Source: Erysipelotrichaceae bacterium
Lineage (GTDB): Bacteria > Bacillota_I > Bacilli_A > Erysipelotrichales > Coprobacillaceae
Length of the DNA stretch: 32,000 nt
Direction: 5' to 3'
Assembly: GCA_028698185.1 (NCBI GenBank)
Contig: JAQVDW010000020.1
Span: 2,759-34,758 of the forward strand
Shown piece by piece: positions 1 to 8,450 of the stretch. The notes under the pieces are model-generated. The model worked only from the letters and a program-made list of their open reading frames with translations, searched no databases and had not been told where the DNA came from. Position 1 is the stretch's first letter. Each line of letters begins with the position of its first letter. The position numbers and the translations under genes were made by a program.

Positions 1-419
1 ATATCCTTGCTTGGACTTCTCATTATCATGTCATTGATGAAGAAATCCGGCAAAGCCCGGTGTCTGCATATCTCCATCTTGAACTCTTCAAGTTCCGCCG
101 CATTGGGCAACTGACCAAAAAGCAGCAGGTAGATTGTCTCCTCGAAACCTTTGCGGTTTTCCCGGATGAACCCATCCACCAGGTCCTCGATATTGACACC
201 CCGGTATTTGAGCCGGCCCGGAATCGCCTGGGCGATTCCGTCTTGATACATAACCGATTCGACTGCACCGATGCGTGTCAGTCCGGCCAAAACCCCCTTG
301 CCATCAAGATCCCGCAGTCCCCTTTTAACATCATATTTCTCATATAAACTGCGATCAACCTGATTGCAGTCGATTGCCATCTGACGCCATTTTTCCATAT
401 TTTCATCCATATGTTTCAT
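1..419 (-). CDS. citrate synthase (long clostridial type), N-terminal part; the gene runs off the window
   Basis: This gene is absent from the ORF track because it has no stop inside the window. Minus-strand translation from ATG 419 (alternative ATG 410, 8-9 nt after AAAGGA) reads MKHMDENMEKWRQMAIDCNQVDRSLYEKYDVKRGLRDLDGKGVLAGLTRIGAVESVMYQDGIAQAIPGRLKYRGVNIEDLVDGFIRENRKGFEETIYLLLFGQLPNAAELEEF... The blocks YDVKRGLR, GVLxGLT, YRG and GFEETxYLLLFGxLP are typical of this citrate synthase N-terminus (family recognised from memory). Confidence 0.75.
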   Translation of the reverse strand, partial: MKHMDENMEKWRQMAIDCNQVDRSLYEKYDVKRGLRDLDGKGVLAGLTRIGAVESVMYQDGIAQAIPGRLKYRGVNIEDLVDGFIRENRKGFEETIYLLLFGQLPNAAELEEFKMEICRHRALPDFFINDMIMRSPSKD

Positions 420-696
420 CCTTTCCATATATCATATTATCACCCCAATTCAAGGTCGATTCCACTTTAAGCCGCAAAGTGATCTAGGTTAATGATATCA
501 CAAATAACACGAATTGACAACGTTTACCATATTATGAAAGTCGCAATTTTAAGCCAAACGCTAAATATTCCCTAAAAAAATTGTGAAAATTAGATTTTTT
601 TGGCGTCGCCCAACCGACTCGTATTCCATCTGCCAATCCTCCAGAAAAACACACATAATCCGGCTTTTCGGGCATATGAAAACACGCCATTCGCTG

Positions 697-725
697 TTGC
701 ATGTTTTGAGACTCGGGATTATAAT
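697..725 (+). promoter_or_regulatory. sigma-A-type promoter
   Basis: TTGCAT (697-702), a 17-nt spacer, then TATAAT (720-725). It lies about 40 nt upstream of the GGGGGG RBS and ATG 764. Confidence 0.6.
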
Positions 726-763
726 TATCTTAACGGAAGATCATTTCTAGAGGGGGGATGATT

Positions 764-1164
764 ATGTATGATTTTGTCGGATCTAGTTGGCCGCTTTTGA
801 TGGTTGGAACATGGCTTATCATCGCCGTAATCACAAGAAAAAGAGGCACTTTTTTCTATTGGGCTGCCATGATACTGCTTTGGGTGATTTGGCGTTTCTA
901 TCGTATAGCTTCCTGGTGGAGTCAAATTTCAATCTGAGCGCCGCATTGAATGGACTCGTGGCGATTACTATCCCCATTGCAGTTGTTCTGGCATTGGCCT
1001 GGCGCAACACTTTGATCGGTTCCATCGGTTTTCTGACAATCGGGATTTTCTTTTTGTTCTATTTTGAGTGGGGCGATTTTCCAATCGGCGTAGTGCCGCT
1101 GATAATCGCCGGATTTTTCTTCATGGATTGGCGCCGGGAACACAGATATTCCAACCGGCCATAA
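764..1164 (+). pseudogene. small multi-TM membrane protein, apparently split by a frameshift near 925-940
   Basis: ATG 764 follows the RBS AGAGGGGGG. This frame reads MYDFVGSSWPLLMVGTWLIIAVITRKRGTFFYWAAMILLWVIWRFYRIASWWSQISI and stops at 935-937. The hydrophobic reading continues in the frame of track ORF 787..1164 (..LSAALNGLVAITIPIAVVLALAW..IIAGFFFMDW). I see no RBS or good start for an independent second gene. Alternatively, the two pieces are separate small ORFs. Confidence 0.4.
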
Positions 1165-1201
1165 AAGCCGTCACAAGCGGATGCAATTTCATTTTTTGGG
1201 C

Positions 1202-1230
1202 TTGCCTAAGCCCAGCCGATATGCTAGAAT
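1202..1230 (+). promoter_or_regulatory. sigma-A-type promoter of the riboswitch/ATPase unit
   Basis: TTGCCT (1202-1207), a 17-nt spacer, then TAGAAT (1225-1230). Confidence 0.6.
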
Positions 1231-1243
1231 ATCAATGATTTAA

Positions 1244-1333
1244 CGAGGGAGTAACTTTCCACATCAGGATTGGTTTTCGTCAATACGGCTAATAGCCCGG
1301 CAACCAAGATGCGATTGCATTTAGTGAGACTCG
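1244..1333 (+). promoter_or_regulatory. yybP-ykoY family (Mn2+-sensing) riboswitch aptamer
   Basis: P1 is CGAG (1244-1247) paired with CUCG (1330-1333). GGGAGUA lies at 1247-1253. UUGGUU (1270-1275) pairs with AACCAA (1302-1307), enclosing CGUCAAU and the hairpin GGCU-AAU-AGCC (1287-1297). A second hairpin AUGC-GAUU-GCAU lies at 1309-1320, and UUAGUGAGAC at 1321-1330. These match, block for block, the Lactococcus lactis yybP-ykoY aptamer as I remember it (GGGGAGUAG .. GUCGUCAAU .. UUUAGCAAGAC). Confidence 0.8.
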
Positions 1334-1368
1334 ATTGAACTTTTTTAAGATTCAATTGGGTCTTTTTT
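1328..1368 (+). terminator. riboswitch expression-platform intrinsic terminator
   Basis: A 12-bp stem pairs 1328-1339 (gactcgattgaa) with 1351-1362 (ttcaattgggtc), including two G-U pairs. The loop is 11 nt and the T6 tract is 1363-1368. The 5' arm contains the P1 3' strand (1330-1333), so the aptamer and the terminator are mutually exclusive. Confidence 0.75.
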
Positions 1369-1386
1369 GCTTACAAGGAGGAAAAT

Positions 1387-3990
1387 ATGCAAAGATACGA
1401 ACTAAAATCCGTTGAAGAAGTAATGGATTATCTTAAAACCAGCCCCCAGGGGCTCAATTCCAGCCAGGTTGAACAGAGCCGGAAAGAACACGGCGCCAAC
1501 AAGCTGGCCGAAGAAAAGCCGGTTTCGCCGCTTATCATCTTCCTGAGCCAGTTCAAGGACTTTCTGGTCATCATCCTGATCGTGGCCGCCATTTTGTCGG
1601 CAGCGATGGGGAAATTCGAAAGCACGCTGGTTATTATCGCCGTGTTGATTTTGAATGCCGTGCTGGGGACAGTCCAGCATATAAAAGCCGAGAAATCCCT
1701 GGCCAGCCTTAAAAAACTTTCATCGCCCACCGCCAAAGTCCTGCGTGATGGAATAAAAAAAGAGATTCCTTCGGAAGAAGTTGTCGTCGGCGATGTGCTG
1801 GTATTCGATGCGGGTGACTACATTTCCGCCGATGCCCGAGTCATCGAGAGCTACAGTCTGCAGACAAACGAAAGCTCGCTTACAGGTGAGTCTGTCAGCG
1901 TCGAAAAGATCAGCGCAGCCCTGGAAAACCCCAAGGCTGCCCTGGGTGACCAGATCAACCGCGTTTTCTCAAGCAGCTTCGTGACTTATGGCCGCGGCCT
2001 CGCCGTGGTCACTGCCGTTGGAAACGACACCGAAATCGGAAAGATCGCCGGGCTTCTGGCGGCCGCCCGGGAAAAAACTACTCCGCTGCAGGAGTCATTG
2101 GACGGATTTGGCAAAAAGCTGGCCATCTTCATCATCCTCGTTTCCGCCCTGGTGTTCGGACTAAGTGTCTGGCGCCAGAATCCGATCATGGATTCCTTGA
2201 TGTTCGCGATATCCCTGGCCGTTGCGGCCATCCCAGAAGCCCTCAGCTCGATTGTGACGATCGTGCTTGCCATCGGGACCAGAAAGCTGGCTGATGAAAA
2301 TGCGATCATCCGCAAACTCCACTCGGTGGAAAGTCTTGGCAGCATTTCGGTCATCTGTTCAGACAAGACCGGAACCCTGACCCAAAACAAGATGACGGTG
2401 CAGAAAATCTACGTCAACGAAAAGCTTCTCGATACAACGGAAATCAATGTCCAGGATGCCATCGAGGACAAACTGCTTATGGCCGGTTTGCTTTGCAACG
2501 ACGCCCAGATTGTCGATGATAAAAGCATCGGTGACCCGACCGAGATCGCCCTGGTCGACCTGGCCAAAAAAATGGAGCGGGACGACAATCAGCTGCGCAC
2601 GCAGTTCCCGCGTCTAGGCGAGCTGCCGTTTGACAGCGACCGCAAGCTGATGACGACCTATCACGAGATCGACGATTCCCATGTTTCCTTCACAAAAGGG
2701 GCTCTCGACGTTATCCTGAAACGGGCAACCCATATCGAGACAAGTGACGGGGTCCGTCCAATCACCCAGATTGATATTGAAAAATACGAAAAGACCAACT
2801 ACGAACTGTCGAATTCCGGATTGCGGGTGCTAGCTTTTGCCTGGCGCAAGATCGACATCACCTCAGTCGATGAAAACATTGAAAACGACCTGATCCTAAT
2901 TGGCGCCATGGCGATGATGGATCCCCCTCGGATCGATTCCGCGGAAGCTGTCGCTGCCTGCAAAAGAGCGGGGATCAAGCCCGTGATGATAACCGGCGAC
3001 CACAAAATCACGGCATCAGCTATTGCCCGGGAAATAGGTATCCTTGACGAAGGAGACCAGGCGATTGAAGGCGAAGCCATCGAAAACCTAAGCGACCAGG
3101 AGCTCATCGAGCTCGTTCCCAAGGTCTCTGTTTATGCCCGAGTTTCGCCCGAACACAAGATCCGGATCGTTTCGGCTTGGCAGGCGATTGGCAATGTCGT
3201 GGCAATGACCGGTGATGGTGTCAACGATGCCCCGGCCCTGAAAAAATCCGACGTGGGAATCGCCATGGGAATCACCGGAACCGAAGTGGCCAAAGACGCC
3301 GCCAGCATGGTCCTTACCGATGACCGTTTTGCCACAATCGTGACCGCGATTTCCAACGGCCGCAGCATCTACGGCAACATCAAGAATGCGATCAAGTTCC
3401 TTCTTTCTGGAAACACCGCTGCGATCATCGCCGTACTCTACGCCTCATTGATCGGCCTGCCTGCGCCATTCGCTCCGGTCCATCTTCTATTTATCAACTT
3501 GCTCACCGACTCGCTTCCAGCCATCGCCATTGGAATGGAGCCTTCCCACATCAAGCTGATGGAACAAGGGCCCCGTGACATATCCAAACCGATCATGGAC
3601 CGCCGCTTTGGCATCGAGGTCCTGCTCGAAGGTATCATCATCGCCCTGGTTACGATGAGCGCATTCCATATCGGTGCCGCCAGTTCAACTGGAGCCGGAA
3701 TGACCATGGCCTTTGCGACATTGTCACTTACCCGGCTCGTACACGGGTTCAACTGCCGTTTTTCCGCGCCGCTTACCTGGAAGACTGCCTTTGGCAACAT
3801 CTTCTCTTATCTGGCGCTGGGAATAGGAGCGTTCCTGTTGTTTAGCGTGATCATCTTCACGCCGTTCCACAAGCTTTTCGAAGTGACGTCATTGAGCATC
3901 GAACAGATCGGCTATATCATCGGCCTGTCATTCATACCACTGGTCGTGATCCAGATTGGAAAAAGAATTATCAGCCATTTCGAAAAATAA
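1387..3990 (+). CDS. P-type (P2, SERCA/PMR1-like) cation-transporting ATPase, probable Mn2+/Ca2+ exporter
   Basis: 867-aa ORF with RBS AAGGAGG 6 nt upstream. It carries TGES, CSDKTGTLT (the DKTGT phosphorylation site), TGDGVNDAPAL and NLLTDSLPAIAIGMEP. The TM4 motif reads IPEAL rather than PEGL. It is preceded by the Mn2+ riboswitch. Confidence 0.93.
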   Translation: MQRYELKSVEEVMDYLKTSPQGLNSSQVEQSRKEHGANKLAEEKPVSPLIIFLSQFKDFLVIILIVAAILSAAMGKFESTLVIIAVLILNAVLGTVQHIKAEKSLASLKKLSSPTAKVLRDGIKKEIPSEEVVVGDVLVFDAGDYISADARVIESYSLQTNESSLTGESVSVEKISAALENPKAALGDQINRVFSSSFVTYGRGLAVVTAVGNDTEIGKIAGLLAAAREKTTPLQESLDGFGKKLAIFIILVSALVFGLSVWRQNPIMDSLMFAISLAVAAIPEALSSIVTIVLAIGTRKLADENAIIRKLHSVESLGSISVICSDKTGTLTQNKMTVQKIYVNEKLLDTTEINVQDAIEDKLLMAGLLCNDAQIVDDKSIGDPTEIALVDLAKKMERDDNQLRTQFPRLGELPFDSDRKLMTTYHEIDDSHVSFTKGALDVILKRATHIETSDGVRPITQIDIEKYEKTNYELSNSGLRVLAFAWRKIDITSVDENIENDLILIGAMAMMDPPRIDSAEAVAACKRAGIKPVMITGDHKITASAIAREIGILDEGDQAIEGEAIENLSDQELIELVPKVSVYARVSPEHKIRIVSAWQAIGNVVAMTGDGVNDAPALKKSDVGIAMGITGTEVAKDAASMVLTDDRFATIVTAISNGRSIYGNIKNAIKFLLSGNTAAIIAVLYASLIGLPAPFAPVHLLFINLLTDSLPAIAIGMEPSHIKLMEQGPRDISKPIMDRRFGIEVLLEGIIIALVTMSAFHIGAASSTGAGMTMAFATLSLTRLVHGFNCRFSAPLTWKTAFGNIFSYLALGIGAFLLFSVIIFTPFHKLFEVTSLSIEQIGYIIGLSFIPLVVIQIGKRIISHFEK

Positions 3991-4000
3991 CAAGCCACTC

Positions 4001-4028
4001 AAAAAGCCCGCAGCTGCGGGCTTTTTTT
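4001..4028. terminator. bidirectional intrinsic terminator between the convergent ATPase and patatin genes
   Basis: AAAAA-AGCCCGCAG/CTGCGGGCT-TTTTTTT: a perfect 18-nt palindrome flanked by an A-tract and a T-tract. Confidence 0.8.
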
Positions 4029-4079
4029 CTTTATCAAAGATTAGCACAGATCATAAACTCGAACCCGGACACGGTTGAC

Positions 4080-4823
4080 CTAAAATCCGATTTCAAGCCC
4101 TTTGACATGGCTATATCCGATATCATATATTTTCTCGTTGTTGCTTGTGTCGAGAATGTTGTAGTTACTCAATTCATTGAGCCTTATAAGCAGGTCGCAG
4201 TATTTTTCCTTGTCATATTGCATTCCCACTGTCATTTGCAGAATCTGGGTTATGACTTGTGCAAATCCGTCAACCTTTTCATTCTCCTTGACCGGACTGA
4301 TATCGATCGCAATTAGTTTCTCGCACCGGTCAATCAAGGGTGTCACCGGCACGTTTTCCAGGACTCCACCATCGACATATTGGCACTCATTGATGGTAAC
4401 CGGGGTGAACAGGATCGGAATCGACGCCGAAGCCTGGATTGCCTGGGCGACATTGCCGGAACTGATGTACTCCACCCGGCCGGTATTGAGGTTGGACACG
4501 CAGATGTAAAGCGGATATTTCAAATCCGCGAATGTCTTGTGCCCGAGAATCTCATCGAGCTTTTTGCCAAGATTGTCCAATGAGGCGAACCCGGTGACCG
4601 GCAAAGTGATTTTGGCGGCATCCATCAGCTTGACTCCCTTTAAAAAATCCATTATCTCGTCTGGTGTTTTCTGGTCCGCAAGCAGTCCGGCCACAATCGC
4701 CCCCGCGCTTGTTCCCGAAAAAACCTCCGCTTTGATCCCTTTTTCCTCAAGTGCCTTGATTGCGCCGATATGGGCGAATCCTCGGGTTCCGCCGCCACCT
4801 AAGGCCAAACCTATCTTATTCAT
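4080..4823 (-). CDS. patatin-like phospholipase (RssA/YlbK-like)
   Basis: 247 aa. It has the GGGGTRGFAHIG oxyanion glycine-rich loop, the GTSAG serine nucleophile motif and a downstream DGG (Asp of the catalytic dyad). Its ATG overlaps the upstream stop as ATGA (4820-4823). Confidence 0.88.
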   Translation of the reverse strand: MNKIGLALGGGGTRGFAHIGAIKALEEKGIKAEVFSGTSAGAIVAGLLADQKTPDEIMDFLKGVKLMDAAKITLPVTGFASLDNLGKKLDEILGHKTFADLKYPLYICVSNLNTGRVEYISSGNVAQAIQASASIPILFTPVTINECQYVDGGVLENVPVTPLIDRCEKLIAIDISPVKENEKVDGFAQVITQILQMTVGMQYDKEKYCDLLIRLNELSNYNILDTSNNEKIYDIGYSHVKGLEIGF

Positions 4824-6148
4824 GGTTCCACCTTCTTCTTTTCCTGATTGTTAAAATCCAGAGCATCCTTGTATTCGTTGTAGATCCGGCTGTACTCCAT
4901 CTTGTCATATTCACTGCCCTTGATCTTGTCGAACAGGGCCTTGGCATATCCATCGATAACCTCCAGATTTCCCGGACAGGCAATGCCCTTGGCTAGACGC
5001 AGCGACTTGAACAGGGCGACCATGACGGAGCTGTCATTATGGCCGTAATGGACAATCTGGTGATATGCCTCGTAGAGAACAACCTCGAAATCGTAAGATT
5101 CATACAGGATAAAGCCCTGGGCATCATGATCCTTTACAAGCAGATGCCCCTTTTCTATTTCCGCAAGATCGCGCAGCAACAGCCCAATGATCTTCAGGCA
5201 GTGGATTGCCGTGTAGGGATCATTGATGCCTGGTGAAAGGGCCCGCAAGGCGATTTCCACAATCTTCTGGATAGTGAAATTGAAATCCTGGGCCTCAGTC
5301 TTCTTGACGCCGATCATTATGCAGTTCTGGATATCCTTAATGATGGACTGGTCGAGTGGCTCGAGTTCCCGGTAGTAGACATTGATGATTCTGGTCTGCT
5401 TCGAGACAAACTGCCCCACCACCTTTTCGAAAAAAACAACGCACTGATGATTCTGGGCGATTCCCTTTAGTCTTGGATAATCGATTTCCTGGATATAGCC
5501 GTCCTGGTCGCTGTAAACTTCGGCGAAATAAAGGTCCTTGATGATTGAAGCGATACCGTCATTTGATACCGGGTGCGCCTTGGCAACAAAATTCCGATAG
5601 TTTTTGATCTTGGCCATGGCTTCCTGGTCGAGCCGGCGGATCAGGCCGTTGGCCTGGATGTAGGTCGAAACGTTGTGGATGAACACCAAAAAGTATATCA
5701 GACCCATTATTATGTAGACGACCCCGACACTAGCAACCATGACCAGATCGCCGCTCCGGGAACGCGTGGACATGGTCAGCAACGAGACAATCGAATAGAT
5801 AAAGCCGCTAAGGAAAACCCCAAAAGACTTCATCGTCGTCTCATTGTTGAGGAAGTTCTCGACGACCCGGGGCGTGAACTGGGAAGAATACATGGTCAAG
5901 ACGACCATGGTGGTTGAAAATGTGAACGTGGCGATCGTGATGAAAGCCCCCGCAATGATGCCCAGGACGTTTTGCGCCGTCGCCACGGTGGTGTAGAACA
6001 ATCCGTTCAAGGCTCCGGAAATCTGGGAACTCAAATTCCAGTCAAGATAGCTCACGACAAGCGCCAGAGCCAGGGCAACAAGGCTATACATTGTCGGGTA
6101 GAGCCAGATGCTCGTCCTGATTTTATTGATGATTCTTTGCTTGAACAT
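4820..6148 (-). CDS. DUF2254-family membrane protein
   Basis: I place the start at ATG 6148 (MFKQRIINK..), 4 nt after the RBS AGGGAGGAAAG. The track start at 6190 has no RBS. The N-terminal part has about 4 TM segments and is followed by a large soluble C-terminal part. The family call is from memory of DUF2254 architecture. Confidence 0.7.
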   Translation of the reverse strand: MFKQRIINKIRTSIWLYPTMYSLVALALALVVSYLDWNLSSQISGALNGLFYTTVATAQNVLGIIAGAFITIATFTFSTTMVVLTMYSSQFTPRVVENFLNNETTMKSFGVFLSGFIYSIVSLLTMSTRSRSGDLVMVASVGVVYIIMGLIYFLVFIHNVSTYIQANGLIRRLDQEAMAKIKNYRNFVAKAHPVSNDGIASIIKDLYFAEVYSDQDGYIQEIDYPRLKGIAQNHQCVVFFEKVVGQFVSKQTRIINVYYRELEPLDQSIIKDIQNCIMIGVKKTEAQDFNFTIQKIVEIALRALSPGINDPYTAIHCLKIIGLLLRDLAEIEKGHLLVKDHDAQGFILYESYDFEVVLYEAYHQIVHYGHNDSSVMVALFKSLRLAKGIACPGNLEVIDGYAKALFDKIKGSEYDKMEYSRIYNEYKDALDFNNQEKKKVEP

Positions 6149-6559
6149 ATGACTTTCCTCCCTTTGCTCTGGCGCGTTGGCTACAAACAATAAAACATCT
6201 TTGATACGAATATTGTAACATGATTGCCGCCGCTTTAACAGGTGCGCGAATGGAAAAAGACGGCATTTGGCCGTCCTGGTTGCTGGTTATCGTCACACTC
6301 ACATAATCGCCGATTCCCTTGGCAATCTGTTTCTGGATCGCTTTGGTGATTCCGATGATGTAGAAGATCGTTCCGTCATCATTTTTCAGGCCCATGTTGA
6401 CCACGCTGCTTGAATACTCAACTCCATCGAACGTCGCAATGACCTTGACCCTCCCCTTGGCGAACTCCTTTTTCAAATCGTAAGGGAAAACCACATAGCA
6501 CCACCCTTGCCTATCGTCGAAGCCTGGATTTTGGCTTCGTAATCATATGTCTTTTTCAC
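6123..6559 (-). pseudogene. DUF1905-family protein, frameshifted
   Basis: A GTG 6559 frame gives VKKTYDYEAKIQASTIGKGGAMWFSLTI*. The next frame gives (Y)VVFPYDLKKEFAKGRVKVIATFDGVEYSSSVVNMG..IGDYVSVTIT. Joined, they read ..GKGGAYVVFPYD.., the canonical DUF1905 N-terminus, which implies a 1-nt deletion at about 6494-6500 (gct-atg instead of gct-tat-g). The 3' end reads through a terminator hairpin (GACGGC-CAAAT-GCCGTC-TTTTT, about 6256-6277) and into the start of the next gene. Confidence 0.65.
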
Positions 6560-6570
6560 GATAAGTCATC

Positions 6571-7128
6571 CTATATCCAGATCTTGGCCCGGAATCCCCG
6601 GGATCCGTAGTACGAATCAGCTCCGTTATGATATGTGAAGACCGTATCATAGCGGCAGTCGCCGAATATGGCTCCGCTAAGTCTCCGGATGCTTTCAGGC
6701 GTTTTCAGCCAACTCGACGTTTTCAAGTCGTAACGTCCCGTGCCTTGAAGCAGGGCATATTCCGCCTGGTCGATAAGTTCCACGCCCATCTGGGTTGCCA
6801 TTTCCAGGGCGCTCGATTCGGGCGGAAACTTCTTGCGACCAAGACGCGCCGGGCCGTCGTAGCAGAGGTTCCTTCGCCCTTTTGGCGATTCCTTGGCGCA
6901 ATCCACAAACAGATAGCGGCCACTTTCTTGATCATAGCCGATCACATCCACCTGTCCACCGGTGGCCTCCATCCGGGAAAGGGCAGCCAATTTTTCCGGA
7001 TTGTCTTTCAATCTTTTTTCCACATCGGCCCAATCAATTCCGGGATGGCGCCCTGCAAACTCGTTGAAGCGTTGCCGCAATAACCCGATCAGTTCTTCCT
7101 GTTGTCCGACTTCCAAAACAGCTTCCAT
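6571..7128 (-). CDS. DUF4256-family protein
   Basis: I place the start at ATG 7128 (MEAVLEVGQQ..), after the RBS AAAGGAGAAATC. The sequence ..ATGGQVDVIGYDQESGRYLFVDCAKESPKGRRNLCYD..TSSWLKTPESIRRLSGAIFGDCRYDTVFTYHNGADSYYGSRGFR matches DUF4256 as I remember it. Confidence 0.8.
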   Translation of the reverse strand: MEAVLEVGQQEELIGLLRQRFNEFAGRHPGIDWADVEKRLKDNPEKLAALSRMEATGGQVDVIGYDQESGRYLFVDCAKESPKGRRNLCYDGPARLGRKKFPPESSALEMATQMGVELIDQAEYALLQGTGRYDLKTSSWLKTPESIRRLSGAIFGDCRYDTVFTYHNGADSYYGSRGFRAKIWI

Positions 7129-7397
7129 GATTTCTCCTTTCAAGGACGGATCCGCAAATCGTTCCGCCTGTTCCATACATCCATTTTCCGGTTTGAAAAG
7201 CCTCCAAGTCAAGCGATATGATAATTTACAATAGAGCACCCAACCGGCACATCGAGATGGCGCTGTCAATATCTTCGGCTGTCAGCTCCAATTTTTTTTG
7301 CGAATCGCCCAAAAATGTAAGCCTTGTAAACGGATTTGTGGTACAATTAAATCAACAAATAGATTGAAATGTTTCTTAAAACTGCAGAGGAGGACTT

Positions 7398-7895
7398 ATG
7401 AACAAACTGAAAAACAATATACTCTTATCGCTTGTCCTGGTTGCCGTCTGGATTGTTCTCAACGGGAATTTCACATTGCCGACCGTCTTCACCGGAATGG
7501 TAATGGCGGTAATCACAATCATGCTCCTGGCAATGCTCCATCCTCACCAAAGCGACCTGTATGACTACCATATCAACCCGCTCACACTGGCGCTGTTTCT
7601 CGCGGTCCTTTTCAAGAACATCTACATCAGCGCCTTCAAGACCTCAGTAAACCTAATCAAAGGCCGGATCGATCCGAAATTCGTTACCGTCACGACCAGG
7701 ATCCATCGTCCGTGGCTCCAGTCATTGATCGGTAACGCCATAACCCTGACTCCGGGCACCGTGACTGTCCACCTTGCGAAAAACAGGTACGTGGCCTTGT
7801 GGCTGTGCCCCGAATCTGAAGATCTTGACCAAATAAGAGAGGAATTGCTTGGCGAATTTGAAGATGCCCTGGCAAAAGGTGACCGTGATGCTTGA
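7398..7895 (+). CDS. mrpE: Na+/H+ antiporter subunit E (MrpE/MnhE; MbhA-like)
   Basis: 165 aa with RBS GAGGAGG. The N-terminus NILLSLVLVAVWIVLNG is typical of MnhE. It is the first gene of a tightly overlapping 8-gene cluster. Confidence 0.85.
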   Translation: MNKLKNNILLSLVLVAVWIVLNGNFTLPTVFTGMVMAVITIMLLAMLHPHQSDLYDYHINPLTLALFLAVLFKNIYISAFKTSVNLIKGRIDPKFVTVTTRIHRPWLQSLIGNAITLTPGTVTVHLAKNRYVALWLCPESEDLDQIREELLGEFEDALAKGDRDA

Positions 7896-8142
7896 TCTGC
7901 TTTTTCCGTTTTTTGTAGGTTGCGGCCTGCTTTTCCTGTTCCTTCTAGTCAAGGGTCCATCGATATGGGACCGGCTTTTATTCCTCAACCTGTTTTTCAT
8001 CTTCATGCTTTTGACCATTATTGTCTACGCCTTGATGGTTGAAATCGATTATCTTCTCGATATCGCCATTGTCTATGCCTTGCTTGGCTTCATCGGCATT
8101 GTCTTCACCGCCAGGTTCATCCAACGAAAGGGGAAAATATGA
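7888..8142 (+). CDS. mrpF: Na+/H+ antiporter subunit F (MrpF/MnhF; MbhB-like)
   Basis: ATG 7888 (MLDLLFPFFVGCG..) overlaps the mrpE stop by 8 nt. It encodes about 84 aa with 3 TM segments. The track start at 7849 would add a non-hydrophobic overlap. Confidence 0.8.
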   Translation: MLDLLFPFFVGCGLLFLFLLVKGPSIWDRLLFLNLFFIFMLLTIIVYALMVEIDYLLDIAIVYALLGFIGIVFTARFIQRKGKI

Positions 8143-8450
8143 TGGAGATCTTCAAACTTATCGGTGCCACCCTGATTCTTTCCGGAATCATCTTCCAGTT
8201 TTTTGGGATCTACGGCATTGTCGTTCACCGCAACTTTTTTGTGAACCTGTCCCTGTCCTCTCTGATCGACTCCGCGGGTCTTTTCGCCATCCTGATTGGC
8301 CTTATCTTCTACAATGGCCTGAACATGGCCTCGCTCAAAATCGGATTCATAATTCTTCTGATGCTCCTTTTGAATCCCTTGTCGAACCACATACTAGGCC
8401 GGGGGGCCTATTTGAGCAACTACCACCCCCAAAGGAGGGCGAAAAAATGA
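8139..8450 (+). CDS. mrpG: Na+/H+ antiporter subunit G (MrpG/MnhG; MbhC-like)
   Basis: 103 aa with an ATGA overlap with mrpF. The hydrophobic region IGATLILSGIIFQFFGIYGIV.. is typical of MnhG/PhaG. Confidence 0.85.
   Translation: MMEIFKLIGATLILSGIIFQFFGIYGIVVHRNFFVNLSLSSLIDSAGLFAILIGLIFYNGLNMASLKIGFIILLMLLLNPLSNHILGRGAYLSNYHPQRRAKK

Noticed and set aside
4080-4823. The patatin gene as the effector of a CBASS-like anti-phage system.
   Set aside because: The neighbourhood contains no CD-NTase, cyclase, sensor or other defense gene. The protein is short and resembles the housekeeping RssA/YlbK type. Its only partner is a DUF2254 membrane protein.
8039-8446. The first 136 codons of the 327-aa track ORF 8039..9022.
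   Set aside because: They overlap mrpF and mrpG in a different frame, and the sequence is Pro/Ser/Arg-rich and not protein-like. A strong RBS (AAAGGAGGG), an ATGA-coupled ATG at 8447 and the onset of the DUF4040 signature show that the real gene starts there.
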